A stretch of DNA of 64,000 nt from Promethearchaeota archaeon (GCA_048939995.1 JBHLOY010000004.1:219483-283482); one strand, 5' to 3'. Positions 1-11,323 are shown, numbered from the stretch's first letter. Notes: generated by a model not told the origin, from the sequence alone. A program made the numbers and translations.

Positions 1-2
1 GA

Positions 3-440
3 AGTGCATCCTTATCATTACATGATAGAGAAAGTATTACAAGTTTTATAGCTGCAAAAGAAGCAGTAAGACAAGCGTATAAAATGTCTGGTTTAAAACC
101 AAATGAAATTCAGATAGCAGAAGTACACGACTGTTTTACTATAGCAGAGATAGTTGCTCTAGAAGATTTAGGCTTTTACGAAACAGGAAAAGCTGTAGAA
201 GCAATTAAAAATGGAGAAACAAGACGTGATGGGGCTTTACCAATTAATACTTCGGGTGGTTTGAAGAGTAAGGGCCATCCAGTTGGAGCTACGGGGGCAG
301 CAATGGTAGTTGAAACGTTTAAGCAGATGAGAGGTATTGCTGAAAGGAATAGACAAGTTAAATTCGACGTTGAAAGGGCTCTGACTCATAATTTAGGTGG
401 TAGTGGTGGAACCTGTGTTGTAACTATCTATCAAAAATGA
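3..440 (+). CDS. Thiolase (acetyl-CoA acetyltransferase, SCP-x/archaeal type), 3' part; begins before the window
   Basis: Frame is open from base 3 (SASLSLHDRESITSF...). Motifs EVHDCFT, NTSGGLKSKGHPVGATG and HNLGGSG. Followed by a DUF35 gene. Confidence 0.92.
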   Translation, partial: SASLSLHDRESITSFIAAKEAVRQAYKMSGLKPNEIQIAEVHDCFTIAEIVALEDLGFYETGKAVEAIKNGETRRDGALPINTSGGLKSKGHPVGATGAAMVVETFKQMRGIAERNRQVKFDVERALTHNLGGSGGTCVVTIYQK

Positions 441-450
441 GGTGAAAAAG

Positions 451-873
451 ATGTCTGAAGAAAAAGAAATTACGATTCAAAACTATTTAGATTATATGAC
501 GAATAATAGGCTTATGGGTTCTAAGTGCAAGAAATGTAGTGCTAATTATGTTCCTCCAAGAAAATTATGCACTAAATGTAACTCAACAGAGTTAGAATGG
601 GTAGAAATGTCTGGTAAGGGAAAAATTGCCGCATATTCTTGTATAGGCGTTGGAACAACCTTTATGGTGGGTAAGGGTTATTCTATGAAGAAACCTTATT
701 GTTTTTCAGTTATTAAACTTGATGAGGGTCCTATGGTATCGGGCCAATTAATCGGAGTAGATGAGACAAAACCGGAAACAATAAAGATAGAGACTCCTGT
801 GAAAGTTAGCTTTATAAAAACTGAGCTTCAAGGTGGAGAAACCAGAGTCGATCTAGGCTTTGAACCCATATGA
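451..873 (+). CDS. DUF35 Zn-ribbon/OB-fold protein (thiolase partner)
   Basis: CKKC...PPRKLCTKC, WVEMSGKGKI and LDEGP motifs. GAGGTGA RBS before ATG 451. Classic thiolase-DUF35 pair. Confidence 0.9.
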   Translation: MSEEKEITIQNYLDYMTNNRLMGSKCKKCSANYVPPRKLCTKCNSTELEWVEMSGKGKIAAYSCIGVGTTFMVGKGYSMKKPYCFSVIKLDEGPMVSGQLIGVDETKPETIKIETPVKVSFIKTELQGGETRVDLGFEPI

Positions 874-924
874 AAAATTAATATAAACCTTTTTTAATTT
901 TTTTTGAATTTAAAATTCTATTAG

Positions 925-2112
925 GTGGAGTCAATTAAAAGGACATATAAGATCATTTCTATAATCTTATTAATTTCAATAATAGCCAGTGGTTTTTTGT
1001 TACCTCTTGTCTTGGTAAATCGGAATTATATACAAAATATTGATATTGATTTGAAATTCGAAGGAGATAATGCATTTCTTTATGTTCAAGATCAAATAGA
1101 AATTAACCAAAGTCATTTTAGGATTCCTGGCACGCAAGGTAGAGAGAAATGTGCCCAATATTTTATAACTAAATTCCAAGAAATTGATATTAATATAACC
1201 TATATACTACATAATTTCACAGTTCATTCAATTGATTGTCAAAATGTTTTATTCAAGTTAAATGAAAATTATAACAATATAGTTATATTGGCATCTCATT
1301 ATGATTCTAGAGCAAAAGCAACAAAAGATCCAATAATTGGAAATAGAACAAAGCCAGTTCCAGGCGCTAATGACGGAGCAAGTGGATGCGGAGTTTTAGT
1401 TGAATTAGCCCGAGTTTTATATGAAAAAATAATGAATCTTAGCTGTCAAATCTGGTTTTTATTTTTAGATGGGGAAGATCAAGGCTTTGATTATGATGCT
1501 GGTATTGAGGGTTGGGATTGGTGCGAAGGATCAAAAGCTTTTGTGAATTCAATTAATAGTTTTTATAACTTCTCAAACGAGTATTTTGATTGCATGATCT
1601 TATTAGATATGGTTGGAGGGGTAAATCTTCAATTTATAAATGAACAGTATTCGACTTCGTCATTATTAGGCGAACTATTCGAAATTGGTCAGCAGTTAGG
1701 CTATACATCTCAATTTCCAAATGATGCATATTCAGCAAGGATAACTGATGACCATGTTGCTTTTGTAAACTATGGAATACCCTCAGCAGACTTAATTATA
1801 AAATTTTGGAATAATCCTGAATGGCCATATCATCATACAGTCCAAGATGATTTATCTAATATCTCAAATATGAGCCTAGACATTACAGGAGAAACAGTTG
1901 AACAATTTCTTTATAATAACTATCTGATTCTGTTATCTAATGATTATCAAGGCAATTATCCTTGGAAAGAAGATATTAATCTAGTAGATACTGATGTTAT
2001 AATTACTATAATAATAATATTAGCGTTAATTGGCGTGTCATTCTTATTAATTTTTTCAATAAAATGGATATCTAAGAAAAAAAGAAATGTAAATACCGAA
2101 AATACTTATTAG
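925..2112 (+). CDS. M28 family peptidase / glutaminyl cyclase-like, membrane anchored
   Basis: SHYDSR, GANDGASG, DGED, LDMVG, DDH and YHHT motifs; N- and C-terminal TM helices. Confidence 0.88.
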   Translation: MESIKRTYKIISIILLISIIASGFLLPLVLVNRNYIQNIDIDLKFEGDNAFLYVQDQIEINQSHFRIPGTQGREKCAQYFITKFQEIDINITYILHNFTVHSIDCQNVLFKLNENYNNIVILASHYDSRAKATKDPIIGNRTKPVPGANDGASGCGVLVELARVLYEKIMNLSCQIWFLFLDGEDQGFDYDAGIEGWDWCEGSKAFVNSINSFYNFSNEYFDCMILLDMVGGVNLQFINEQYSTSSLLGELFEIGQQLGYTSQFPNDAYSARITDDHVAFVNYGIPSADLIIKFWNNPEWPYHHTVQDDLSNISNMSLDITGETVEQFLYNNYLILLSNDYQGNYPWKEDINLVDTDVIITIIIILALIGVSFLLIFSIKWISKKKRNVNTENTY

Positions 2113-2930
2113 AAATACATTCTAAAAGCAAATCCTATCAAAGTTGCTGCTACCAATAGTTGAAGATAAAGATTTGGCATTCTCTTTGAAACATTGGCTC
2201 CCAGGAACGCCCCTATAATGGATCCTATGCCAAGTGTAAGTCCTAGAGCTAACTCTACTTGACCTATCAATAATTTTGTTATTGAATTATAAATTGCAGT
2301 AAAGAAAATTATTGAAGTGGAAACTGCTGTAGCATAATGAATTGGAAAATTCAAGACTAGATTTAATCCAGGAGTAATAATTACTCCACCTCCAATTCCC
2401 AAAAAGTTTGAAATAAAACCTGCCAATAAGAAAAGAGGAATAGTAACCCTCATTTTCTCCTTATAATCATAATCTCTCAAAAATGAGAAATCTTCATTAA
2501 AACTTATATTATTATTCTCTTTATGCTGATTATTTGATATTCTGTGATTATGAATACTTTTAAATACCATATATAATCCCGAAGTAAGCAATAAGGTGGC
2601 AAACAATATTCTTAGAATTACATTATTTATTTCTATAAATAGCAATATTAGTGTGCTTAGTAAACATCCAAGTATAGAAAATCCACTATATATCAAGGAA
2701 TTCTTTAAATCAGTTCTTTTCCCTTTTAAGTATGTTAAAAATCCTGAAGCTGAAGTTAATAAGATTATGAAATTTGAGGTATCAATTGAAACATTAATGG
2801 GGACTAGAAGGAATATAGTAATAAAACTAACATAAAAAATACCTCCTCCTTGTCCACTCATAACGCTTATTAATCCAAATATTAACCCACAAAATGATAA
2901 AATAATTATAATTTCCCATGTAAAATTCAT
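2109..2930 (-). CDS. TauE/SafE family sulfite exporter-like membrane protein
   Basis: Two repeats of the G-x-GGG motif (GQGGG, GIGGG), ATAVST, about 8 TM helices. Confidence 0.88.
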   Translation of the reverse strand: MNFTWEIIIILSFCGLIFGLISVMSGQGGGIFYVSFITIFLLVPINVSIDTSNFIILLTSASGFLTYLKGKRTDLKNSLIYSGFSILGCLLSTLILLFIEINNVILRILFATLLLTSGLYMVFKSIHNHRISNNQHKENNNISFNEDFSFLRDYDYKEKMRVTIPLFLLAGFISNFLGIGGGVIITPGLNLVLNFPIHYATAVSTSIIFFTAIYNSITKLLIGQVELALGLTLGIGSIIGAFLGANVSKRMPNLYLQLLVAATLIGFAFRMYF

Positions 2931-2989
2931 TATAAAATTTCAAATTATAAAAAAAATTTTAACTTTTCCTAAAAAAAATGTGATAAAGA

Positions 2990-3451
2990 GTGGTAAAATA
3001 CAAAGATATATTGAAAATTAGCGAAAATTTTGAGGAAGAATTTTGCAGCGCGATCAATAATAGTCAAGATTATAATCGGGCAGCAAAAGGGTGGGGAGTC
3101 GAATTTGAGGGGGCTTTACTATGGATGATGGGTGCTAGTGGTGAAATAATTGACAGTTTAAGAATCTTTCTAGATCTTAAGGATGGAAAGTGTTTAGGAA
3201 TAAACATTTTAGCTCCAAATGAAGATATTCCACGAGATGCTATATTAATCTTAAGTGCACCACTTAATATTTGGAAAGAAATGGGTACAAAAAGAATTAA
3301 TCCAAATCAATTTATTATGTCAGGTAGAGTGAAGATTGAGGGGAATATTGCTCTAATGATGAGATATTCTAAAGCTGCGCTTGAATTAGGAAAATTGGCG
3401 GGGAAACAAATCTTTTTCCGAAAACTATTTACTGAATATGATTTAGGCTAA
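2990..3451 (+). CDS. SCP2 sterol/lipid-binding domain protein
   Basis: INNS..Y..AAKGW N-terminus and the C-terminal NP..FIMSGRVKIEGN motif typical of SCP2. Confidence 0.8.
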   Translation: MVKYKDILKISENFEEEFCSAINNSQDYNRAAKGWGVEFEGALLWMMGASGEIIDSLRIFLDLKDGKCLGINILAPNEDIPRDAILILSAPLNIWKEMGTKRINPNQFIMSGRVKIEGNIALMMRYSKAALELGKLAGKQIFFRKLFTEYDLG

Positions 3452-3461
3452 ACTAGTAGTA

Positions 3462-4085
3462 TTATTCTTTAATTCCTAAAATAGCCCGATGTTTTGTTTT
3501 GTCAATATAAACTTTTAATATATCAAAAGAGTGAAAAACTTCATAAATTTCTTCTATTGTAAAAAAATGATGATATAGACCTTTTTCTGGACCTGATAAT
3601 GGAATAAATGTTCCTTTTTCTATTTCTTTTAGTTCCCACTCATCAACCTTAGTTCCACCGCTTAATATGGGAAAAGTTATAAATATATACCCCCCTTGTC
3701 TTAAAATTCTCTCGATTTCTTTTATAGTAAATAAGATATCTTTCATCAAATTATGATGAATAACTTGAGTTGAAATAATAGCATCAAAAAAGCCATTTTC
3801 AAAAGGAAATTTCTTCTCGATTCTATGTTGAATTAGTGTTGCTTTTAAATTTTCTTCAATTAACCACTTTCGAGCAATTTCCAAACCTTTAGGTGAAGCA
3901 TCTACTCCATAAACATCAAAACCATATTTAGAAAAATAAACTAAATGCCTTCCTGTACCACATCCAATATCGAGTATCTTCTTGCAATTATTTTTTTGAA
4001 AAAGTTCCTTTATTTCTCCCATATTTGGATGTGGTTCTAAGAATGTTTTACCATTCTTAGTAAAAATGAAATTCCAACTATCCAT
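3462..4085 (-). CDS. Class I SAM-dependent methyltransferase
   Basis: ILDIGCGTGRH, GVDAS, FDAIIS and RILRQGG motifs. Confidence 0.9.
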   Translation of the reverse strand: MDSWNFIFTKNGKTFLEPHPNMGEIKELFQKNNCKKILDIGCGTGRHLVYFSKYGFDVYGVDASPKGLEIARKWLIEENLKATLIQHRIEKKFPFENGFFDAIISTQVIHHNLMKDILFTIKEIERILRQGGYIFITFPILSGGTKVDEWELKEIEKGTFIPLSGPEKGLYHHFFTIEEIYEVFHSFDILKVYIDKTKHRAILGIKE

Positions 4086-4136
4086 ATTGATTTACTCTTT
4101 ATAATTATATATTAAGAATTAGGCAAAATTTAAGTA

Positions 4137-5117
4137 TTATTTACTTTTACGACTTTTTAATTCGTCCCAACATTCCCACATATAGTGACCATACTTTAAT
4201 TTGAATTCTTCAGCAAACTCATTTGTTCTTGGTCTAATAAATTCATAACCATTATGAATACACTCATATGTGACTGGAACTGGTCCTAATACTTCACCAT
4301 CAACTTGACTGAAATATGAATCGCCTTGTGAACCTCTCATTTCAACTCTTACTTTCTGACTTCGAAATTCTTTCACATTTGGATGTGGAAGAAGAGACGC
4401 AGAATACATTTTCCTAAATTGCCTAGCTAATTGAACCTTATCAATATTAACAACACTTATATCAAAAAGACCATCATTAATGTTAGCTCTTTGACAGATA
4501 AACATTCCACCTCCATATGCTCCAGAAAGTCCAACAGCAGCTAGATTTGCTTCTCCTTCATATGTGTCATTATCCATTTTAACTATAATTTCTTTGTTTT
4601 CCCATGATTTTAATGCACTAAGAATTATCATATTGTAGTCTTTTTCTTTATTTTCATTTGATAATCTTGCTACCTCTGAATCGAATCCTTGAGATCCTAT
4701 ACCAAGGAAATACCTTTCTACTCCAGCGTCAGTTCTTGCAAACCCAATGTCACATTTACTTGAATGTCCTTCAGCAATAATTTCACATGCCCTTTTAATA
4801 TCTGCTTTATACCCTACTGCCGCAGGAATGTCATTTCCGGAACCCATCGGAATAAAGCCACAAAGAGCACCTGAATTTGAGCTTATTGTTCCATGGAGTA
4901 CCTCATTTGCAGTTCCATCTCCACCTGCAGCTATCACTCTATAACCCTCTTTAGCAAGATTAATTGCTAATTCAATTGCATGACCCTCATGAGCAGTTGG
5001 GTAAAGCTTATATGAAACATTTAAATTATCCAGATATCGAGTTACTAATGCAATATCCTTGGCCACTTTTCCTTTATTTGCCATTGGATTGTAAATAACA
5101 GCATGATCTACTTCCAT
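4137..5117 (-). CDS. Diacylglycerol kinase family (YegS/DAGK) lipid kinase
   Basis: YNP, GGDGTANEV, PMGSGND, YGGG and QVDGE motifs. ATG 5117 preferred over TTG 5129. Confidence 0.88.
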   Translation of the reverse strand: MEVDHAVIYNPMANKGKVAKDIALVTRYLDNLNVSYKLYPTAHEGHAIELAINLAKEGYRVIAAGGDGTANEVLHGTISSNSGALCGFIPMGSGNDIPAAVGYKADIKRACEIIAEGHSSKCDIGFARTDAGVERYFLGIGSQGFDSEVARLSNENKEKDYNMIILSALKSWENKEIIVKMDNDTYEGEANLAAVGLSGAYGGGMFICQRANINDGLFDISVVNIDKVQLARQFRKMYSASLLPHPNVKEFRSQKVRVEMRGSQGDSYFSQVDGEVLGPVPVTYECIHNGYEFIRPRTNEFAEEFKLKYGHYMWECWDELKSRKSK

Positions 5118-5250
5118 TATAAAACCCAAAATAAAAACGTAAATTTAATTTGTAATATATTTTTAAATATCGATTTATTTAAATGTTTACTTAAGACGAG
5201 TTAATTTAATATACAGTAAAATTAAATCTTTATATATCAATATTGCTATC

Positions 5251-5757
5251 TTATCCTTCTCTCCATTGGCAACCACAGCCACTACATGAGTACTTCTTCC
5301 CATAAACACGCGGATAATGGCTTATTATGTAGTGTTTGTCTATAATTTCGTGGATTTTAAACCAACTTTCATTCCCACAAATAGGACAAGTCCGACGTCC
5401 ATTTGGTTTAGGAAGAGTTAAAATTTCTTCAGAATACTTAAACATCGGCTTCTTAGATATTGACTTTAGGATATTTTTCTTTTGAATGAAGTTTTTTATA
5501 ATTGGTTCCATTTGTTCAGAGACAGTTTTCTCTTTCTTAATAGATATATTCTCTTCCTTATCATCTTCAATTACTTTAATATAACTTTTAACAATAGAAT
5601 TAATCTCATTCTTTTGAGGTAATCGATGATACTCTTCTTGAAAGTTTTCAATGAAATGTTCCACGTACAATTTTTCAATATTAAAACCTCTATCTTCTAT
5701 TTCTTTTTTGATTTCGTTAACAATATAACCTTTTAAAACAGGGTTTTCTAAAAGCAA
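5251..5757 (-). CDS. Hypothetical protein with C-terminal Zn-ribbon (paralogous to 53863-54057)
   Basis: RRTCPICGN...YPRVYGKKYSCSGCGCQW; AGGTGG RBS before TTG. Confidence 0.75.
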   Translation of the reverse strand: MLLENPVLKGYIVNEIKKEIEDRGFNIEKLYVEHFIENFQEEYHRLPQKNEINSIVKSYIKVIEDDKEENISIKKEKTVSEQMEPIIKNFIQKKNILKSISKKPMFKYSEEILTLPKPNGRRTCPICGNESWFKIHEIIDKHYIISHYPRVYGKKYSCSGCGCQWREG

Positions 5758-6003
5758 ATTATTCCACCTAAACCTAGAAGGGATTTTATATATTCGATCT
5801 ACTAATATCTAAAGATTAGGATGTTATTATATAAAACATTTTCTTCCTTTGTTCAAACTTTTTTGATCTATTTTTTAATGTTTAAATAATATGAAAGCAA
5901 TTATTGCTAACATTTAATTTTAAGTCAGAATTTATTCTTTAAAACAAAATTTATATTCCTAAATTTATTTATTTAGACAAAAGAAACGATATATATTTGA
6001 AAT

Positions 6004-6621
6004 ATGAAAGAAAATGATCCAAAACTAGATTCTAAGAAAGAAAAAAAAGCAATATCTAAGAAAAAAGTTATAATTGCAGTAAGTATGATTTTTATTGCTT
6101 TCTTTGGCTCATTTTTACTTTATTTTATTTTGCAAGTTTCATTAAATACTCAAACTCCTGTTGTTGTTGTAGTTTCTGGATCAATGAAACCAGCTTTAAA
6201 CGAGGGGGATTTGCTTTTTGTAAGAGGAGTGAATCCTGCTTCTATTAGAAATGGTACAATTGAAGATAAGGATGGTGATATTATAGTATTTGACGCACAT
6301 GGAGTTTGGAGCTTCCCCCCAGCCGATCCAATAGTTCATCGAGTAGTTAACAAACATTATGCTGGTAGTTACTGGGAATTTCAAACAAAAGGAGATGCTA
6401 ATCCTTCTGTTGATGAAGGTTGGGTTCCTGATTATAAAATATATGGAATTGTATGTGGGGGCATACCATACATTGGTTGGGTAAAAATAATCCTTGCAGA
6501 CTCCGGTTTATTAATTCCCCTACTTGTCATTATTTCCGCTATTTTAATTATAAGTATAATTTGGGATGTAGTGAAAGAAGAAAAAAAGAAAAATGAACCT
6601 AAGCCAGAAAATTTAGAGTAA
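6004..6621 (+). CDS. sec11: Signal peptidase I, archaeal/SEC11 type (S26B)
   Basis: VVSGSMKP (catalytic Ser), IVHRV (His), TKGDAN, IPYIGW; two TM helices. Confidence 0.93.
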   Translation: MKENDPKLDSKKEKKAISKKKVIIAVSMIFIAFFGSFLLYFILQVSLNTQTPVVVVVSGSMKPALNEGDLLFVRGVNPASIRNGTIEDKDGDIIVFDAHGVWSFPPADPIVHRVVNKHYAGSYWEFQTKGDANPSVDEGWVPDYKIYGIVCGGIPYIGWVKIILADSGLLIPLLVIISAILIISIIWDVVKEEKKKNEPKPENLE

Positions 6622-6780
6622 TTTCGTAAGTTCTTTATTATTAAAGTCATAATAAGATTTTTATGAAATCAAATATTCAAAAGAAATGTTATTACTCGTA
6701 ATTTTATGATTACGATAGTACATGAGTACATACAAACAAAAAAACAAGTTATATAACAAACAAACATAGAGGTTTTAAAC

Positions 6781-7062
6781 ATGTCAAAAAAAGAAGAAAA
6801 CGCCGTGTTCGTGGGCCGTCGTCCTACTATGAATTATGTAATGGCGACTATGATGATCCTTAACAAGGGTGAGGAATGCACCGTTAAGGCCCGTGGAAGA
6901 GCAATCTCTCATGCAGTAGATGTGTGTGAGATTTTAAGAAACAGATTTCTAAAAGGCACAATATACAAAGATATTAAGCTCTCCACTGAACAATTAGAAG
7001 GTGAAAATGGTCAAAATAATAACGTCTCAAGCATTGAGATCGTTTTAGCACCACCAAAGTAA
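6781..7062 (+). CDS. albA: DNA/RNA-binding protein Alba
   Basis: VFVGRRPTMNYV, KARGRAISHAVDV and VSSIEIVL motifs; GAGG RBS. Confidence 0.95.
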   Translation: MSKKEENAVFVGRRPTMNYVMATMMILNKGEECTVKARGRAISHAVDVCEILRNRFLKGTIYKDIKLSTEQLEGENGQNNNVSSIEIVLAPPK

Positions 7063-7066
7063 ACTT

Positions 7067-7133
7067 ATAGAGAAAAAACTTTCTCTTCATCAATACTAAG
7101 AACCTTCAATCTCTATTTTTTTTATTTTTATTT
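7067..7133 (+). terminator. Probable terminator downstream of alba
   Basis: Short hairpin AGAGAAA-AAAC-TTTCTCT followed by an oligo-T tract (TTTTTTTATTTTTATTT). Confidence 0.45.
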
Positions 7134-7306
7134 GAAACTCGACCTCGCGGGGAGATTATGTAAATTTTAAAACTTGAATACTCTTATTGCTTTAAAAATG
7201 AGTGAATTGATATATTATTAAAAAAATAATATGAAACTTTAAAGATTTTAGATAAATCTTATTGTATTGTTAAATCTCAAATAATAAAAAAAATTCAGAT
7301 TCCAAA

Positions 7307-8437
7307 ATGAGATCTGTAAAAAAGCTGTCAGCACTTCAAGAATGTATAAAATTTATTGAAGAAAAGAAAACAGATTTTGTAGAAGATGACTCTGCTCTAA
7401 CAATAGAAGATGGTGAAGAATCATTCACAATCTCAGATGATCATATTTTTAAAATACCTGATGTTGAAGATCAAAGACCTATAGGATTTGTTGATGGAGG
7501 AACAGAACCTATAATAAAAGGTTCAGATTTTAGTATTAGTCTTTGCCGAGTGGCAGGAATCATATTTAATTCGAGAAATATAGTTATGCCCCAAAACATT
7601 CCTTTTATGATTGAGTTTTATTCGGCTACTATTTCTGAAAAAAATGATAAAGGCGAAATCGTTTTTAGAACGCGATATTTCTCAAAGGAATTTGATTATA
7701 ATAAGTATTTGCCTCAAAAAGATCTTATTATTCCCTATAAGGATCCATCAATTAGAATGCAAGGTAAGTTTATCATGCCTATTGAGAATCATGGTAGTAT
7801 TGCAATGCGATTTAGTGAATGGACATATGCTAACCAATTCATTCAAAATGAATTAAATAATGGGGAAATCTTTATTCGCGATGGATCGCTGCAAACTGGA
7901 TACCCTGGGGAAGCTAGACTGGCTAATGAAGTACATTCTGCTGGAATTAATAAAAATGTATATATTACTGGCTTGTCAAAGTCATGCCGATTACTAAATA
8001 GAGGAGGAACCTCTTTAAATGCTCAAATAAATATAATTGGTAATTCCAAATATCCTAAATCACGATGGTACTATTATCCTACGATAAGGTTTGCCAAAGC
8101 TGACAATCAAGCAGATCTTTTCTTTCTTAAGTTAAATAAGGATTCACCATATTCATTTCGATTTGATATTTACCTAGAGCAATCTAATTTACTTGATAAA
8201 AAAGAAAGGGAAATAATTATTTCTAATATCGCTAATAATGCAAATGATCCAGCATTTCTAGGATATCCTTATGGCTTTATCAAAGTAGATCAATTAGCAA
8301 GAATCTCGAAGAGGGAAGTGGAGTCTGAAAAAATTCAGTTATTAGTTGAATTTGATAAAGATATATTTAATAAACATATAGTATCACGATTGCGTTCAAT
8401 AGATGCTCATGATATTTTAAATAAAATAAGAAAATAA
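7307..8437 (+). CDS. nurA: DNA double-strand break repair nuclease NurA
   Basis: FVDGG, RDGSL, LSKS and GYPYG..KVDQLARI motifs; first gene of the nurA-herA-mre11-rad50 cluster. Confidence 0.9.
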   Translation: MRSVKKLSALQECIKFIEEKKTDFVEDDSALTIEDGEESFTISDDHIFKIPDVEDQRPIGFVDGGTEPIIKGSDFSISLCRVAGIIFNSRNIVMPQNIPFMIEFYSATISEKNDKGEIVFRTRYFSKEFDYNKYLPQKDLIIPYKDPSIRMQGKFIMPIENHGSIAMRFSEWTYANQFIQNELNNGEIFIRDGSLQTGYPGEARLANEVHSAGINKNVYITGLSKSCRLLNRGGTSLNAQINIIGNSKYPKSRWYYYPTIRFAKADNQADLFFLKLNKDSPYSFRFDIYLEQSNLLDKKEREIIISNIANNANDPAFLGYPYGFIKVDQLARISKREVESEKIQLLVEFDKDIFNKHIVSRLRSIDAHDILNKIRK

Positions 8438-8454
8438 TATAAAATGATATTAGA

Positions 8455-10014
8455 ATGATGGATTTAGGAAAAAAGATTGGTAGTTTTGTCTCTGGTTCTT
8501 TTGTTTCTCTTATTTTAAGGCAGAAGTCCAAGGAGGAATTTGAATTAGGGCAACTATTTATAGCTGGAACGCATAAAGATGATTATTCAATATTTCAGAT
8601 AAAGGATTTATTCTATGGGAGTCAAATTCCAGAAAGTTCTTTAGAATTAATAGCAGGATATGGATTAGAAAGAGAAGGTATGGATCTTAAGATATATGAA
8701 CCTGAGTTAAGAAATTACGTTTTAGCTCAAGCAAAACCCCTTATTAATGTCAAAAACCTTCAATTGTTTTTACCAAAAAAGCTTCCTCAATTTTTTGGAG
8801 CAATTTATGAAATTACTGAGGACCATCTACAATTTTTTAAGGAAAAGAGATTTGATGATCCTATAACCTTAGGAAAAGTTCGCTCTGGCTCTAAAGTATT
8901 AGATATAGATGTGAGTGTTAGTGCTTCAGAAGTTTTGCGCCATCATGTTCTGATTCCAGCTACAACAGGAAGAGGTAAAAGTAATCTGGTAAAAGTAATT
9001 TTATATAACATTATCGAAAATTTATCGTGTGGGAAGTTAGTATTCGATCCACATAATGAGTACTATGGAACTCCAAAAGTAAAGGGTCTTAAAGATCACC
9101 CAAAAAGTAATGAATATGTAAAATATTATACTTCTCGAAACATACCTAAGAAACTTGATTTAAAATTTAATGTAAAATATCTTTACCCAAGTCATGTTTT
9201 AGGGAGTATAGATCTGTCTCAAGCACAAAGTGATGCACTAACTCTATACTATAGATTATATAAAAAGCAATGGATACAAAAGATTTTTGATAAAAATGAG
9301 AAGTTACCTGAAGGGATAAATACGATTACAATATCAGTCCTACGCAGAAAGCTAGCATTATTGCTTGAATTTGGATTTGATGATGAAGACAATATTATTG
9401 AAAATGGAATTTACACCCTCGATAGCTACGAATCTACTATTGAAGATATGATAAGTTTCTTAGCTAACGGAAAAACAGTAATCATTGATACTTCTCTTTT
9501 TTCAGGAAATGAAGAAATATTCATTGCTACAATTATAGTTGAGAGTATATTTAATCGATATAAATATTATAAGTTTAAAGATGAATTAGAAGATAAACCT
9601 GTTATAACGATTGTGCTTGAAGAAGCTCCTCGAGTAATTGGAATTAAAGCATTAGAAGTTAAAGAGAATGTTTTTGGAAAAATTGCAAGAGAAGGAAGAA
9701 AATTTAAGATTGGTTTAATAGGAATTACTCAATTACCAAGCTTAATTCCTCGTGAAATACTTGCTAATATGAATACAAAGATAATACTTGGTAATGAAAT
9801 GGGTCCAGAAAGGCGCGTATTAATAGAAAGCTCAGCACAAGATTTATCTGACGATAGTCAGACCATAGCAAGCTTAGATATTGGTGAAGCAATTGTTACT
9901 TCTAACTTTACAAAGTTTGCGATACCAATTAAAATACCATTATTCGATAAGTTGATAAGGAGTAATCTTCAATCTGAAAAGAAAATAAAGAAAGCTTCGC
10001 CGGGATTCTCATAA
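8455..10014 (+). CDS. herA: HerA DNA translocase/helicase
   Basis: N-terminal HAS barrel, H...[19 protein letters not shown] and IAREGRKF..G....TQ motifs. Confidence 0.93.
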   Translation: MMDLGKKIGSFVSGSFVSLILRQKSKEEFELGQLFIAGTHKDDYSIFQIKDLFYGSQIPESSLELIAGYGLEREGMDLKIYEPELRNYVLAQAKPLINVKNLQLFLPKKLPQFFGAIYEITEDHLQFFKEKRFDDPITLGKVRSGSKVLDIDVSVSASEVLRHHVLIPATTGRGKSNLVKVILYNIIENLSCGKLVFDPHNEYYGTPKVKGLKDHPKSNEYVKYYTSRNIPKKLDLKFNVKYLYPSHVLGSIDLSQAQSDALTLYYRLYKKQWIQKIFDKNEKLPEGINTITISVLRRKLALLLEFGFDDEDNIIENGIYTLDSYESTIEDMISFLANGKTVIIDTSLFSGNEEIFIATIIVESIFNRYKYYKFKDELEDKPVITIVLEEAPRVIGIKALEVKENVFGKIAREGRKFKIGLIGITQLPSLIPREILANMNTKIILGNEMGPERRVLIESSAQDLSDDSQTIASLDIGEAIVTSNFTKFAIPIKIPLFDKLIRSNLQSEKKIKKASPGFS

Positions 10015-10038
10015 TAGAATAAAAAAAAAGGCTAGATT

Positions 10039-11319
10039 ATGAAAATCAAATTTGCTCATTTGTCAGATTGCCATTTAGGTGCGTGGAGAAATGAAAGATT
10101 AAACGTTCTTGGATATAGAGCTTTTGAAGAGGCAATTAATATAATCATCAAAGAAGACGTCGATTTCGTGATAATTAGTGGAGATTTATTTGATGTTAGC
10201 AATCCAAAAGTTGAGGTTGTGGATTTAACGGTTAGAGAGCTAAAGAAATTAAAGGATAATGGGATACCTGTTTATGGCATTATGGGATCACATGACTTTT
10301 CTCCCTCAAATAAATCTATGATTCGGCCTTTAGTAACTGCCGGACTTTTTATAAACGTATCAGAAGGAGAAACTATCGATGATAAACTAAAATTATCTTT
10401 TACTCAAGACCCAAAAACTCAAATTAAATTAACCGGATTAAGAGCGAGAAAGAGAAGTTTGGAAATTGAAGATTATGAGAGATTAGATAAGCAGTTTTTA
10501 GAAACTGAACCTGGAATTAAGATTTTTGTTTTCCATACAATGTTAAATGAATTAAAACCAATCGAATTTAAACAGATGGAATCTACTCCTAAATCTGGTT
10601 TACCCAAAAATTTTCATTATTACGCAGGGGGGCATCTTCATAAAACTGTTCCACAAGAATTAAGAGCGAACCCAATAAAAATATCATATAAAAATAATAT
10701 CATTTATCCAGGAGCTTTAAGTTTAACTAATTTTCGAGAAATCGAGAGTTATAAATTTGGAGGCTTTTGTATAGTCTCGGGGGATATGGATGATAATAAA
10801 TGTGACTTTAGCGTTAAATTTATTCCTTTAAAAATAAAAGATGTAATTACTATGGATTTTAATTGTGATAATAAGACTGCTTTACAAGTTCAAAGCATTC
10901 TTAAAGAGAAGTTTGAGACTCTCAGTGTCAAAGATAAAATCATCACACTGCGAATTCATGGAATTCTATCATCTGGTAAAACCTATGAAATTAAAACTAA
11001 TAGTTTTATCCAATCTTTAAAACAAAATGGCGCTTATGAGGTTTTAATAAATAAGTTTTCACTATCCTCAAAAGAATTTACCTCTATAAAGGTTCCAACT
11101 GGAAAAAAAAATGAAGAAATAGAAGATGTATTTATTCATGAACATGTTCAAAATACAAATATTAAAAATGTTACTAAAAAAGATTTAGAGAACAGGATAC
11201 ATGAGCTTATAGCGATAATTGGAAAGGAAAGAGAAGAAGGTACGAAAGTAAAAGACTATAATGATTTATTAGTAACTAATTTTAAAAGAATTTTTCAGAT
11301 AGATGAAAAAAAGGAATGA
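10039..11319 (+). CDS. mre11: Mre11 nuclease
   Basis: Metallophosphoesterase motifs DCHLG, GDLFD, GSHD, GHLH and YPG; operon context. Confidence 0.92.
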   Translation: MKIKFAHLSDCHLGAWRNERLNVLGYRAFEEAINIIIKEDVDFVIISGDLFDVSNPKVEVVDLTVRELKKLKDNGIPVYGIMGSHDFSPSNKSMIRPLVTAGLFINVSEGETIDDKLKLSFTQDPKTQIKLTGLRARKRSLEIEDYERLDKQFLETEPGIKIFVFHTMLNELKPIEFKQMESTPKSGLPKNFHYYAGGHLHKTVPQELRANPIKISYKNNIIYPGALSLTNFREIESYKFGGFCIVSGDMDDNKCDFSVKFIPLKIKDVITMDFNCDNKTALQVQSILKEKFETLSVKDKIITLRIHGILSSGKTYEIKTNSFIQSLKQNGAYEVLINKFSLSSKEFTSIKVPTGKKNEEIEDVFIHEHVQNTNIKNVTKKDLENRIHELIAIIGKEREEGTKVKDYNDLLVTNFKRIFQIDEKKE

Positions 11320-11323
11320 GAAA

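Noticed and set aside
7136-7156. GC-rich patch (CTCGACCTCGCGGGGAG) between alba and nurA as an ncRNA
   Set aside because: Too short, with only a marginal stem; no recognisable RNA family.
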